From the NCBI RefSeq assembly GCF_006345805.1, contig NC_043014.1:39060001-39124000 (forward strand): 64,000 nt of DNA, read 5' to 3'. The DNA is from Octopus sinensis. Taxonomy: Eukaryota. The first letter of the stretch is position 1, and every line of letters begins with the position of its first letter. Both the position numbers and the translations under genes were made by a program. Of the stretch, positions 1 to 15,089 are shown in pieces. A model generated the notes under the pieces. It was not told where the DNA came from. It searched no databases and saw only the letters and a list, made by a program, of their open reading frames with translations.

Positions 1-42
1 GAGTCCATCCTTTTCTTCAGGTCTGAACATAGCCATTTCTTT
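1..42 (-). CDS. Candidate exon running off the window edge (KEMAMFRPEEKDGL...)
   Basis: Minus-strand acceptor gttgctttttcag| at 43-44, followed by an open phase-0 frame to the window end. No homolog recognised. Confidence 0.35.
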
Positions 43-232
43 CTGAAAAAGCAACTGATAGACAAAAATAAAGAGACAGAGGAATAGAAGTATCATCCTT
101 TGGTAAAAGGATTGTACTTTATTAACACTGAAAGGATGAAATGCAAGTTCACCACAATGGCATTCGGGCTCAGAGAGCAATCTATTAAATTCTATATATA
201 TACATAAATTATATATATATATATGTATATAT

Positions 233-508
233 GAAAAAAACCCACCTTTTATCAATTCAATAATGAAAAATTAAATTATACCATTTGGAAAAATTATATA
301 TTATGGAAAGATTAAATATAAGATAAAGCATATATTTTGTTATTCTACCAAATATATACGTTTTATTTATTATTTTGCACTTTACTTAATCATCGTTATA
401 TGCTTTATCTTATATTTATTCTTATATTTAATCTTTCTATATGTAATTTTTCTAAATGGTATAATTTAATTTTTCATTATTGAATTGATAAAAGGTAGGT
501 TTTTTTTC
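233..508. repeat. About 67-bp inverted repeat pair (233-300 / 441-508) with AT-rich spacer, Penelope-end-like architecture
   Basis: GAAAAAAACCCACCTTTTATCAATTCAATAATGAAAAATTAAATTATACCATTT is near-perfectly reverse-complemented at 441-508. The same layout occurs at 58840-59090. Confidence 0.7.
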
Positions 509-620
509 TAATTTATATATATATATTATATTTTGTGAAATTTGATTTAGTATTTCTAAATTGAATTTTTCCCTGTAAGTTTGGAATAAAATTCCCTCAT
601 ATTATTATTATTATTATTAT

Positions 621-1080
621 TATTCAGTAGTTTTATTTTTATAGCGTGCTTTCACTTCACTACCGAGCGCAGCTCTGTGTGCCTTAGGCATGTGCTGTGA
701 TTTGTTGTGATGCTCTGATGGTTATTGTATGGAAAGTGTTCTGCGTAGGATGTGTGCAGTGCCTAGTAGTGCAATTTTCTGTATGTTATATGTGTTTGTA
801 AGTCCTGGTGTTTTTGTTATGTATTTGTCTGAATATTTTTTTATCATGCCTAATAGTCTGATAGGAATTGTTTCTGTTTTTAGATTCCACATTCTGGTTA
901 CCTCTATTTCCAGGTCTTTGTATTTTGAAAGTTTATTGTTGTGTGGCTTCTATCTACATTTTCCTGGTGTATTTTTTCTTTTAGATGTTCTATTTCTATT
1001 TCTGATATTTTTTTTGCGTTGAGAATGTATCTTCGTACGTTAGCTAGTTTATTAGGGTTCATTGCTGTATCCAAGTCTAT
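621..1080 (-). mobile_element. R4/Dong-clade non-LTR retrotransposon 3' end (RLE endonuclease C-terminus) between (AAT)n tracts
   Basis: Minus strand reads KYKDLEIEVTRMWNLKTETIPI..LGMIKKYSDKYITKTPGLTNTYNIQKIALLGTAHILRRTLSIQ*. Near-identical to 37890-38185 (+). Confidence 0.8.
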
Positions 1081-1116
1081 ATTTATGTTATTATTATTAT
1101 TATTATTATTATTATA

Positions 1117-1160
<44 letters not shown>

Positions 1161-1189
1161 CATTATCTATATATTACATGTGTGTATGT

Positions 1190-1480
1190 GAAGGTGTGTG
1201 GCCTAGTGGTTATGTGTGTTGCATTCATAACCATGTGATCATGGTTTCAATTCCCAGAATGGCTGCACATAATGCTCTTAAGCAAAACACTTCATTTCAT
1301 ATTTCTCCAGTCCACTCAGTTGCAAGTGGGTAACTCTGCAATGGCCTAGCCTCCCCCACCAATCATAGAATGCTATCTTGCTCACCTATCCAGCAGGGTG
1401 GCATCATTCAAAAGCTAAAACGATGCAAAGGGCATTGTGACCAGCAATCTTTAATAACAGTCTGGATGATCATGTGATCA
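1190..1480 (+). mobile_element. tRNA-derived SINE with CORE-like central region
   Basis: A-box-like TGGCCTAGTGG, B-box-like GGTTTCAATTCC, and GCAAAACACTTCATTTCA..CTCCAGTCCACTCAG shared with copies at 32.6k, 41.4k, 49.9k and 61.6k. Confidence 0.65.
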
Positions 1481-2105
1481 TCATCATCATCATCATCATA
1501 ATTGTTTAACATCTGTTTTCCATGCTGGCATAGGTTGGACAGTTTGACATGGAGCCGTCCAGACTCCAATTGTGTATTGTGACAGGGTTCCTACAGCTGG
1601 ATGCTCTTCCTAGCGCCAACCACTTAACAGAGTTTGCTGGGTGCTTTTATGTGCTACATAAATATATGTCTTGGTGTGTTTATGTTTCCTGTAACTTAGT
1701 AGTTCAGCAAAAGAGACTGATAGAATAAGCACCAGGCTAAAAAAGAAAAAAAGTACTGGGGTAGATTCATTCGACTAAAAATTCTTCAAGGAAGTGCCCC
1801 AGCATGGCCACAGTCAAATGATTTAAATAACTAAAAGATATAAAATAAAAGATTAATTCTCTCTTTGCATTACATCTTTTTTGTTTATACATACACACAC
1901 AAATGCATAATGTAAGTAATATATATAATATATATATAAATTAGAGAAAAAACGCTATTATGCAATTCAAACAATGATAGACATAAACCAAATCATAAAT
2001 AAAAAATAAGATATGTTTTTTAAAAACATAACTAGATCACAAAAACTACAAAAATGAATAAACAATATATAAGTAAAAAGCTACATACGTTTCATGGCTA
2101 TAATT

Positions 2106-2136
<31 letters not shown>

Positions 2137-2624
2137 ATAATAATAATAATAATATAATAATAATAATAATATTATATATATATATATATATGTGCATATA
2201 TATATATCTACACACACAGGTATGCATGTGTGTCTATGTATATACATTTACATGCCTGTGTGTGTGTATATACATATATCCATATATACATACATATATA
2301 TATGTAGAGAGAGAGGGAGAGATGTCGGAGTGGATTATGTATATATGTATATTTCTAATGCTTTGGTGTTTAAGAACAAACAAATACACAGCTGTATGGC
2401 CTTCACAGAAATTCTTTGGCAAAATATGTAAAAAGGTAAGTTTATGATTGAAATGAAAAAAAAAAAAAGACAGAGAAACCAGATAGAGAGAGAGAGAGAG
2501 ACTTCAGTTCATTTATCTAAAACAAAAATAAAAAACAAAAAAGAAAACAAAAGAACCTGCTGATTTGTAGAAATGCAATGAGATTTTCACATTTTTTTTG
2601 TTAATTTTTTTTTTCTTCTTTTAC

Positions 2625-2700
2625 CTGAGATGAACAAAACTTTCCCATTTTCAGGTGACTCAGTTGGCTCTGTGGTAAAATCATTAGCATTCTGTGAGTA
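2625..2700 (-). CDS. Candidate 76-nt internal exon
   Basis: Acceptor ttattctatgattcag| and donor CAG|GTAAAA. Open in two frames (THRMLMILPQSQLSHLKMGKFCSSQ or YSQNANDFTTEPTESPENGKVLFIS). Confidence 0.45.
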
Positions 2701-3168
2701 CTGAATCATAGAATAATGAACATACTAATACTACTATTACTACTCGTAATACTGATAAAAACAACAACAACAATAATAATAATAATAATCTTTTCTTAAT
2801 CACCAACATCTTCATCCCACCCATGACAGCATGGAAGGCAGGCATTAAATGATGATGACGATGATAATGATGATGATCATCATCATCATATATTATTCAT
2901 TCATACAGCAAAAATGCTCATAAAGGTGTTTCAAAGTATGTGATGATAAACAAAATAATGTTACATTATTAAAACAAGGGGAGGGATAAAGAGATTATAT
3001 GAGGCATATTAAAATTTTCGTTTTCTTTTCTAAGTTGTACAAAATAATTAATTGAATACATACATACATATGCATATAGTACATATGTATGCACATACAT
3101 ACATACATGCATATATTCTTTTACTTGTTTCAGTCTTTAGACTGAGGCCATGCTGGGCCACTGCCTTA

Positions 3169-3321
3169 TCTATTATATAAAATCCGTTCTGTCTGTCTAT
3201 GTGTGTGTCTTCTAGGATCTTGGGCATCCTCCATCCGATTGTGCTCAAATTTAATATGTAGATACCGACGGTATCAGGGCGTGTATAAGTCTTGAAAATA
3301 TTACAAAAATCGATTCCAGGT
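3169..3321 (+). mobile_element. Non-autonomous Helitron-like element, 5' part (3' extent uncertain)
   Basis: Begins TCTATTATATAAA followed by (TGTC)n. Same sequence at 46535-46672. Confidence 0.55.
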
Positions 3322-3820
3322 GAGAATGCGATCGATAAAGCCGTGGGAATGTGCATTTGTATGCACAAGTACATCAGCTGTTGTGATTGATACTACGTGT
3401 ACGCAAGAAAAATGCACGTGCAGTTTGCGCAAAAAAAGCTGGCTGGCTGGCTTGAAATAATGCCACAAAATGCAGTATATTTAAGAGACCAAAAAAGTAA
3501 GATGCAAAAGAGATATTTTCTTCAAACTTGGCATGAAGGAAGGAAAGACTATTTGGTTTCTCAAGAAGTCTTTTTTTTGCCTTAACTTCGTTTAACAAAA
3601 CTAAAAATTTTATTGAAATAAAGGCATGCTTAATTATTGTTTAATGAAAAGAAAACACTGATTGCTTTTTATTCAGCAGATATGATTCAGTACTGTCTAT
3701 TGGATGGAGGACGTTTTGCTCGTATATATATATATTATCTTTTTTTTGTTATTATTTTTATTCATAACAAAAAAAAAGTAATATATATATATATAGATGA
3801 GAAGATTGCATTGTTTATAC

Positions 3821-3892
3821 CATTTATTCTTTTGAATAGTATCAGTGGAATTTTCGAAACATGTGTCGAAAGTAAAAATATTTGATTTACAC
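3821..3892 (-). CDS. Candidate 72-nt phase 2-2 exon (CKSNIFTFDTCFENSTDTIQKNK)
   Basis: Acceptor tttaacgcag| and a weak donor ATG|GTATAA. Frame-compatible with the neighbouring candidate exons. Confidence 0.3.
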
Positions 3893-3918
3893 CTGCGTTA
3901 AACTCCATTTATTTATTC

Positions 3919-3971
<53 letters not shown>

Positions 3972-4299
3972 AAGAAATGGAGCAATAATTAACAATGAGA
4001 AGTGAAGCATTGGTGTTTAAAAGTCATTATTTAATAGAATTTGGAACCATTAACAGCTGTTTCTGATTATTAAATTGGATTAAATTTACATTTACCTCGT
4101 TACATTTAATAAATATCTTCAGAATGATTAGAAAGGATGAAAGGCAAAGAAAAAGAAAAAAAATGCAAAAATTTTGTTAAAGTCTGTAGGCTTACATACA
4201 TTTTTGTGACTTGTAAATCTCCACGTGTTAGTAGATTCCTTCATTAGATGCATGTGACAGTAAGTGGGGACAGTGACCATTTGACTGGTGACCACACCC

Positions 4300-5121
4300 A
4301 GGGTCCATGTCTATTTTGGCATTGTTTCTATGGCTGCATGCCCTTCCTAACATCAACCACTTTACAAAGTGTATTGGGTGCTTTTACACACCACTGGCAT
4401 GTTTACATGGTACGGGTGCTTTTTACATGGCACCAGCACCCATGAACCCATAAGATTAGGAATGCTCAGCTGGGGAGGGATGCAGGGGACAAGCCTGTAA
4501 TCTAGGACAATCAAGCTTTTCCTTAGCTTGACATGCCTTTTTAAGCACAGCAAACTGCCAGGAGATTTGGTCCCTTGCCATCCCCTCTGTGAATCACAAC
4601 ATCTCTAGATTTTTTCTCACTACTTCCTGGGCACCCCCCCCCCCCGCTTCCACATGTTCCCTTCACAGTCAGAAACTGGCACTTGATGCAACTGTCCTCA
4701 TTCATACACATTACATGACCGTTCTAGTGCAGCCTTCTCTCTTACATTTGATGCCTCATATACCCAGTTTTTCTCTCAAATATCACTTACACTCTGTCAT
4801 ATATGGTTGGCATTAGGAAGTGCATCCAACTGTAGAAACATTGCTTGATCAGACTGGAGCCTGGTGCAGCTGCCAGCTCTCCAGACCTCAGTCAAACCGT
4901 CCAACCCATGCCAGCATGGAAAACGGGTGTTAAGCGATGAGGATGATATATATATAATAAAAAGTCAGGGTACAATATGCACCTGTTTGCTTGAAATAGT
5001 TTCTGTAGTAAGCCAAGCTGATGAGCTTTAAGTATTGGTTCAACAAAGAAGACAAAATCACTTGATACTAGGATATTTTTGCTCCTATTTGTATTTTGCA
5101 AGTGGAAGGACTGTTTCAGAG

Positions 5122-5152
<31 letters not shown>

Positions 5153-7045
5153 TATCATTTAACGTCTGTTGTCCATGCTGGCAGGGGTTGGACGGTCTGA
5201 CTGGGCTGGCACGCTGGAAGGCTGCACCAGACTCCAGTCTGATTTAGCATGCTTTGCTATGGCTGGATGTCCTTCCTAACACCAACCACTCCGAGAGTGT
5301 AATGGGTGCTTCTACGTGCCACCGGCACAGGTGCCAATTTGCATAACAACGGTATCTGCATGACTGCGATTTTGCTTGGCTTGATATTTGCCATATTCTC
5401 CAAGCGTATTTATATATAGTGAAAGATACGTGGCTTTGGAGTGTTTTAACTCCTCTTTCAAGCAAACAGATACATATTATACCCTAATTCTTTATTACAT
5501 ATTTTGCATATTTGGATTATGTTTGCTGGCCACTTTATCATTCTTTTTATAGATAACGATAACTTATTTGAATTTTAAGTGTGTGTGTGTGTACTGGACA
5601 CTCCTATCAAACAACTGATGAAGGTTTGACAACCAAGATTGTATTGGGCTACCAGTTTGTTGAACAATCTGTGCAGTTGATTTATTTAGTGACCAAATGT
5701 TTGTCCTGTACATTAGCTCACCTCCTCCATCAAATCAATATTACTGTACAAGTGCAGGATGTTCCACATACCAGATGTCAAAGTGATCATAGACTAAATT
5801 GAGAATATTAGGCTTGGCCTGCAAAATAATATAGCAGCATTTCCAAGGGATTGTTCCAGATGTGGCACAAGGTTTTGATGGCTAGAGTTTTCTCTTTCAT
5901 TGAGGCTGGTAGGTCAGAAGCACCTACATTAGAGCACCAATATTAGAGGAGTTGAATGTATGTGTGTGTGTGTGTGTGGTGTGTGTGTGTGTGTGTGTGT
6001 GTGCTTTCCAATCACATAGCATCAGGTTCAATCCCACTGTTGGGTACCTTGGGCAAATGTCTTCTACTAAAGCCCTAGTGTTAACCAAATCCTTGTGAGT
6101 AGATTTGGTAGACAGAAACTGAAAGAAGCCCATGGTGTGTGTGTGCATGCATGCGTATGTGTATGTGTGTGTGTACAGGTTACTGTCACCTTGTCTTGAC
6201 TTCATGTGATAGTTGTAAATGAGCATCACCGTCATGCAAATGGTCTTTTTCATTTCTAATCTTCCATAAAAAACATGTCTGGTCAAGAGGAAATATTTAT
6301 TACCTTACTTGGAAATAGGTAATGGTTGTCACTGTGAAGGGCATCAAGCCATAGAAAGTCTGCTTCAATAAACTCCATCCAACCCATTGCAAACACAAAA
6401 AAGTGGACATTAAAATGATGATGATATACAATGGTCTTCCTTCAGTTTCCATCTACTAACTCCACTCACATGGCTTTGGTTGACCCATGGCTATAGAAGA
6501 AGATACTTATCTGATGAAACATGAAGTGGGACTGAACCAGAAACCATGAGGTTGCGAAGCAAACTTCTTAACCACTCAACCAAGCTTTGTCAGTGTTTAT
6601 CAGTGGAAATGTTAAACATCTGCAGAAAACTGATATAGCAGTGTTTTCAAGCAAAAATTCTTGGTGGTTTTCATTCCACCCAATTTGTATAGACACTCCT
6701 TTGGCACTGATGCAATCATAAATGCAGTGAGAAACTGGATGATCGGTTGATGACCTATAACCATGGACCTATCCGTCACAAAATGTAAAATAAAACTTTG
6801 AAAAATCTTTCATTTCTCTAGGGTTGAGAAAATAGTACCAGTTACATAACAAGACCAGTTTGGTTGAATATCTAGCTGTTTCTTTAAGGAGAATAATAAT
6901 TGGGAATAAGGAAGGGCATCCAGCTGTAGAAACACTGCTAGATCTGACTGGCCTGGTGCAGCCTTCGGGCTCGCCAGACCCCAGTTGAACCGTCCAACCC
7001 ATGCTTGCATGGAGAGCGGACGTTAAACGATGATGATGATGAAGG
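4300..7045. mobile_element. Cluster of (GAT)n-tailed SINE/retroposon copies (about 4300-4950, 5125-5390, 6000-6428, 6860-7045; also 1482-1650)
   Basis: Recurrent AGGAAGGGCATCCAGCTGTAGAAA motif and tail GCATGGAAAACGGACGTTAAACGATGATGAT, in both orientations. Confidence 0.7.
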
Positions 7046-7654
7046 AGTGCGTGCAGGGCCAAGAGAAGGAGAGGCAAGGGAACTGGGTGAGCCTATGTGA
7101 GGGAAGGCTATATTACATCAACCAACACCAAGGAGCAAAAACCTACGTAGTAGTGGTAGAACAGGCAGAATGAAGAGACAGTGTGTTTATAGGCCAGGGG
7201 TTGGAGAAATCTGGTGAGCAGGTACCTTTTCTCTTTCTTTCTTTTTTGGAAGCAGCCAAAAATTGAGCAGACCTATATCCAAAAGTATTCTTGCAGTAAT
7301 CGTCCTATAATTTTGTGTATCTAAAACAGTGTCCAATGCGTCCTTTCTTTTCTTTTCTAAGACAGGGAAACTGCGATTTCAGGCAGATTTGACTTCTGTT
7401 TCTTAGCATGTCAAGCAACCACACAGGCTTGAGAACCACAAGAGTGAATTGATTTCAATATATAGTAATCTGGAATGTGAGGATCTGCTTTTACAGCAGC
7501 AACAGCATGCCGTTCAAGAATTTGGACCTGGAGATCTCCATTTCCAGCGACTTCAAGGTCTGGGGTCTCCCGCCTCTAAGCCCTAGACCATCACCTAATC
7601 ACCCTTACCCGTCTTGTTGCTTAACAACAATAGCAGTAGTAACAGCAACAGCAG

Positions 7655-8250
7655 AGGCGCAATGGCCCAGTGGTTAGGGCAGCGGACTTGCGGTCGGAGG
7701 ATCGTGGTTTCGATTCCCAGACCAGGCGTTGCGTCTGTTTATTGAGCGAAAACACCTAAAGCTCTACGAGGCTCCGGCAGGGGGTGGTGGCAACCCCTGT
7801 TGTACTCTTTCACTCCAACTTTCTTTAACTCTTTCTTCCTGTTTCTTGTCCCCGACTTCCTACGCAACCGCTGAGCCTGGATGCACATTCATCCATCCGT
7901 TGATGCTTTCGGTGTCGGGGGTTGACCTGCTTTCTCCTCTGCAGGTTTTACGAATAGCAAAGGACCACGTTTCGGACTTCTCCCACAAAGACCGCTTCGC
8001 TCAACAAACAAACAAACAGCAACAGCCGTTCAAGAATTTGGACCTGGAGAGCTCCATTTCCAGCCACTTCAAGGACCACCTCCCAGTGGTATCGGGCGTC
8101 AATGAAGAGCCCTCGACTACAAGACGACCAAAGTTTTTTTTCTTTTTTCCCAAGGTCTGGGGTCTCCCACCTCTAAGCCCTAGACCATCACCTAGTCACC
8201 CTTACCCGTCTTGTTGCTTAACAACAACAACAACGACGACAGCAGCAGCA
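7655..8250 (+). mobile_element. tRNA-derived SINE with long body, preceded by a duplicate of its 3' region (7509-7630)
   Basis: Head GAGGCGCAATGGCCCAGTGGTTAGGGCAGCGGACTTGCGG..GGTTTCGATTCC with A and B boxes. Related head on the minus strand at 10760-11005. Confidence 0.7.
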
Positions 8251-8279
8251 TTAGCATTAGCACTAGTAGTAGTACATTG

Positions 8280-8688
8280 GGATCTTTTCGGTTTCAACGG
8301 CAGTTTTTTCTAGCGGTGTCATATGAAATTGTCACCCATAATTATGACCCTAGAATCGATCTATTGCATTTCAATCTCTTTCAGGGTTAGGGGTAGGGGA
8401 AGGGTATCTTTTTTTCTTCACAAATGTAAATAAACCCAATCTGTTTCTTAAACGAGGGACATAGTCATACGGCACAGAATGCTGTTTAACTCAATAGACG
8501 TCACTGATTGGTTGAAATTGCAGCAATTGAAGAAAAAAACAAGAAATATCTTACAAACTATAGAATTTTCTCAATAAAGCCAAGAGAAAAAGATGTTTTA
8601 TAAACACTTTCTACCAGTATACGAAGTTAAACATTTTTTAGTTACCTAGAAATTATGTTAAAAACTGCCGTTCAAACCGAAAAGATCC
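8280..8688. mobile_element. MITE with GGATC-start TIRs and 8-bp TSD (Merlin-like)
   Basis: TIR GGATCTTTTCGGTTT(C/G)AACGGCAG. Flanks GTACATTG / GTGCATTG. Confidence 0.85.
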
Positions 8689-10127
8689 GTGCATTGATAG
8701 GCGAGATTGTAAAAAAAAATAATAATAACAGATGCGTCAGGGTGCAGCCCCTTCAACTAAGTTTAGAGACCATCTCTACATTTAATTGCGTTAAAAGTTC
8801 AGAGAAATTCCCTACACGTTGTGTGCCAAAAGGAAGTGGTTTATTTAATTTGAAAAAAAAATGGTCTCTACTGCGTAAGCATAACTGAAGTTCAATAAAA
8901 TTCAATACTTGTTCGAGTCAAAATGCCCGAAAAGTTTTTAATACAAAAACTGTCAACTGAGACATCAAATTACGTAGAGGGAAATGACCGTTACTGATTG
9001 GACAAAATCAGTGCTAGAGGCGTGTCATTGAAAGTTGTGCATTTGTTGAATGAAACTGTACCGCTGTATAATCGACCGCCGTGGGCAGTGCATTAACATG
9101 GTTGGTCCAAGATCGGCTCCAGTCCAACAGGTCTATGATCAAAGATGTTGCAGCAGCTACCATCTCAATCTTTTATTCAGAAGTATTGAATCCAAGGCTA
9201 TATTTTTAGTAGGTCCCACTTTTCACGCTAGTAAGGTGTGAATTTTAGAAATATTTGTCGACTGACCGCTAGGGGCTTCTTCATTGGATCTGTTTTCATA
9301 CATGCGTTTGTGTGTGTATGCTTGTAGTGTTGTTTACGTGCGTGTAAAGTGTTTGATTAATTACACCTGTTTGAAGGTGCTGACCGACGTAGTTCTGTTG
9401 GAGGTCAGTTTTGATTGTGCAGACATTACGAAAGGCATTTTCAATTGTGATTGGCTCGTCTTTTAATCCTTTGCCTGTATTTTTTAATCCTTTGTATGTA
9501 TTTTGTCCCTAAAATCCATGCTTCCTTTCAAATTTTTAGCTAGCGCTTGTTTTTATATGTTCTGAGTAATATAAAGTTTCCCTTTCATAAGTCCCAGTTC
9601 CTCTGGTTGTCGAAACACAGGAATATATATTATATATGATGCATAAACGCGAGAGAAATCCACAGGACAGGCAAAGGGTTAAGGATTCGTGTGTGTTGTG
9701 CGCGCGTGTGTATGTGAGGAGAGAGAGAGAGAGAGAGAGAATTTCTTTATTCACCATAAGGTTGAGAAAAAGAGGGGATAATACGGGGACAGGCAAAACG
9801 AACGTTGGGGTCAGGGTATCGAATGAGACGAAACGTATGAATAAACAAACAATCAAATTATATACAATTAAATGAGAATGAGTGGTTAACAAAAAATGAA
9901 GCGAAGGACGCGGTTGACCCCACAAACCACATACTCACTCTAAAGACTTTGGTTTCTACTTTTTCACATTCTCGATTAAACAGGTTCTTTCACACGCAAC
10001 ATACTTGCTATAGACTTCCATCTTTTACGAAACACACTTTGCGACAGGCATTTCTTCTCCAGCCTTATTTTCCGTTTCATGTGGAAAACGAAAAAGTCGA
10101 TTAGCTCGAGACTGGAGATGAACATAC

Positions 10128-10400
10128 CTGTTGCAATTCCTTTCACTCTCGTCTTCCATACTACCGCTTTCGCAACAGCAACTACCGAGAGAAAACAGGC
10201 TCGCTCCTCCCTATTCAGGGAGGTCGGAGGAACGATCTTAATTACAGATTCGCTCGACAGTTGTACTCTTCTCGAAAGCGACAGCAGGTGTTCGACATAA
10301 GCTCAGAGTTCAGTCACCTTGGGGCATTGCACAATCGCGTGCAGGACAGTTTCACTGTCCCTCTCGCATCTTGCACAAACCGGCGAAGGTGCACACCCAT
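10128..10400 (-). CDS. Candidate first exon (5' UTR plus MEDESERNCN, ATG at 10159)
   Basis: CpG-rich unique sequence, good donor CAG|GTATGT at 10127, and an in-frame stop upstream of the ATG. Confidence 0.35.
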
Positions 10401-10759
10401 GTCTAAAGAGAGAGCAGTATCTAATATGTCCTCTTTAAAAAAAAACTGTAGGGTGTGACTTTAGGGAGATTTAATTACTATTTCTAGCAGACAGAACGAA
10501 GGTCGTAGAGGCCACATTTGTTGGCTCATCTATTTCCTATATTGTATGTTCACCTGCGATAAATACAGTTTAAGATAGCGTCCAGCTAGCTGATAGATCT
10601 CTTCATACTCTTCTTGGTGTTTTTCTTTTGTCATTTCCTTCCTCTCTCTTTCGTTCCAGTGCTCACCGTGAGGAAAGTTCATGCCTCGCACTGTGTATTA
10701 AATTCCCATCTAGTGTTATCAGAGCGCTAAAAGTGAAACGAGTTATAAGCAGACGAACG

Positions 10760-11005
10760 TAAAACGTCGCCCTTTTCAAGCCTAGCCAGGCTCATGGGCC
10801 CGGTTTCTGTGGCGTATGTGTTCTCCGCAGCTGGACGAGACGCGTCCGTCGCAGCGTTACTCAAGAAACGGGAAGAGAGAGTGAAAGAAAGTTGTGGCGA
10901 AAGAGTAAAACATGGGTCGCCACCACGCCCGATCTGGAAATCGAAACCGCGACCCTCTGACCGCGAGTCTGCTCCCCTAACCACTGGGCCATTGCGCCTC
11001 CACAT
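10760..11005 (-). mobile_element. tRNA-derived SINE
   Basis: Reverse complement reads GGAGGCGCAATGGCCCAGTGGTTAGGGG..GGTTTCGATTTCC. Tail shared with 32590-32835. Confidence 0.7.
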
Positions 11006-11069
11006 AAGCAGACGACACAAATACATAAATTTAAAAGGCCCCGACCGAGTGCCAAAGGTTAGAGCGTAT

Positions 11070-12772
<1,703 letters not shown>

Positions 12773-12780
12773 GTGTGTGT

Positions 12781-13120
12781 GTGTACATATATATACGTAT
12801 ACATACATCCCAAAGCACACTCATGTATAGTGTGTATGTGGGAATATGTGTAATATATAAATATATATATATATGTGTGTGTGTACATATATATACGTAT
12901 ACATACATCCCAAAGCACACTCATGTATAGTGTTTATGTGGGAATATGTGTAATATATAAATATATATATATATATATATTCCCACATACATACATACAC
13001 ATATATATTCCCACATATATATATATATATATTCCCAAATACATATATACATATTCCCACACACATACATATATATATATTTCCACATACACACACACAT
13101 ATATACACACACACACACAT
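12781..13120. repeat. About 100-bp tandem duplicate plus ATTCCCACA-microsatellite minisatellite
   Basis: GTGTACATATATATACGTATACATACATCCCAAAGCACACTCATGTATAG occurs twice, 100 bp apart. Confidence 0.8.
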
Positions 13121-13735
13121 GCATGCATTAATACATACTACCTATAGCATATCCATACACAACCTTAGCGTTTACACATACTTGTTCATAATGTAACAAA
13201 ATGTATAGAGGCACGCATGCGTGTGCGTATATGTGTATATGTGTGTGTGTGTGCGAGCGCAAAGTATTAATATGGGATCTCTCTCGCGATGCAAGTTATT
13301 TTTATCCCACAACACATGTGTACTATGGATGATCTCAGCTTTCATCGCACCCTACCGCATCATACCTCACCGTACACCTGAACAGAGGGTATGTTTTGTG
13401 AACACACACACACACATACACACTCACATATACGTATGTACAAACCTACACACACGTGTATGTATACATACATGCATGTATACATACACGTGTGCGTATA
13501 ATATTTGTATATTTTTGTACATGTGCATGTACTGGGTGTAGAGCGTGTATGTGTATATAATATATATATATATATGTATATATATGTATATATATATATG
13601 TATATATGTATATATATATATATATAAATGTATATATGTATATGTATATATATGTGTGTGAGTGTATGTATGTATATATGTATGTATGCATGTATATATA
13701 TGTATGTATGTTTACGTTCTTTGTGGGTGTATATG

Positions 13736-13778
<43 letters not shown>

Positions 13779-14334
13779 ATGTGTGTCTCTCTGTCTGTCT
13801 GTCTGTCTGACTGTATGTATGTATGTGTGTATGTATGTATGTATGTATGTATGTATGTATTTGTGTGTGTGTATGTGTGTATTTATATCGTATAAATTAA
13901 GTGACAGCTTAGCATGCCTGTCAAGTGAGATGTGAATATATTTGGAGAGAGAGAGACAATGAAGACTGTTGACGTCTCTCATTCGCAATCTCTTCTTCCT
14001 ATTCCGGCTACGCCAACTCTAAGGGTGCGATGTTGGTACACCAGGCAAACTTGCTTTCGAGTAAACTTTTTTTTTAATGTTGACAATGAGGAAAAACTGC
14101 AGATGTGAGAATAACGATTTGTTTAATTAATATGCAAGCGAATTGCGGTGAACTAGCAAGAATCGTTAGCAGGTCGGATAAGCTGCTTAGCGTAATTTCT
14201 TTCGGCTCCACCGTGTTTGACTTTGCCTTTCGTCGTTTTGAGGTCGATAAAATAAGTAACAGTTGAGCACTGGGCTTGATGTGATCGACAAGCCTTCGCC
14301 ACCAAAATTTTCAGACCTTGAACCTAAAGGGTTA

Positions 14335-14590
14335 AGACCCTCTTCGGTCATGAATGACCATGGGATTGAACGTAGAAAGTTGCTCTCCGAAGCACAAGTC
14401 TGGAAAAGGTTGTTTATGGAAAACCAACAGTCGCCCATGCATCAAAGCCTCCCCTCTCCGCGTCTCCGACGTTATCCAAGGGAAAGACAAAGGCTGATAT
14501 AGCTTGGCACCAGTGATGTCGCAACTCATTTCTACAGCTGAGTGAACTGGAGCAACGTGAAATAAAGTGTCTTGCTCAAGAACAGAGCCA
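14335..14590 (-). mobile_element. CORE-like SINE, 3' part
   Basis: TTGAGCAAGACACTTTATTTCACGTTGCTCCAGTTCACTCAGCTG on the minus strand. Confidence 0.6.
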
Positions 14591-15089
14591 TGCGCACAAA
14601 CAGAAAGAATTATAATAATATACAAGCGAAAAAGAAAAGCGTTAAAGTTTTAAGTCTTTCATTTTGAGAGAGAAAAAAAGAGAGATAGAGAGCTATATTA
14701 CTGGCAATAATTTCAAATCATTTGGGGGTTATCCCCTAATTTATTGGCAGAATTTTTTTATATATATAGTACTTATACTTGATGGTCCGACTGGTTTTTT
14801 GACAGCCGTGTTGATCTGCGAATTTAGCTCTTTCTAATGTCAACATATCCAATCCAATCCTTGTTGCAGTGAGCTGGCTTGTGTATCTCAGTGACTCTGA
14901 AAGCTTTGCTTGCTGAGTGCAAGCTTTTGGTAGGGTCTCCCATACTGAACAGATCAAAGCGTAGAGGCTAGACTAATACAGACCACTTCTTCCCGAAGGT
15001 AAAAATGCGTTGGCGTAGGGTCAACACTATCATTTAGAAAAAAGCAAAGTTACAGAAGCATCGATGACAATTCAAAAGCAAAACCTGGA

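Noticed and set aside
5608-5650. CTGATGA-A-GGTT(TGAC)AACC as a further hammerhead
   Set aside because: It is followed by AAGA instead of GAAA, so the core is incomplete.
7729-8313. 194-aa ORF
   Set aside because: It lies wholly within SINE body and tail sequence and has no recognisable domain.
10447-10727. Possible solo LTR ending GTTATCA
   Set aside because: No matching TSD or clear 5' TG boundary was found.
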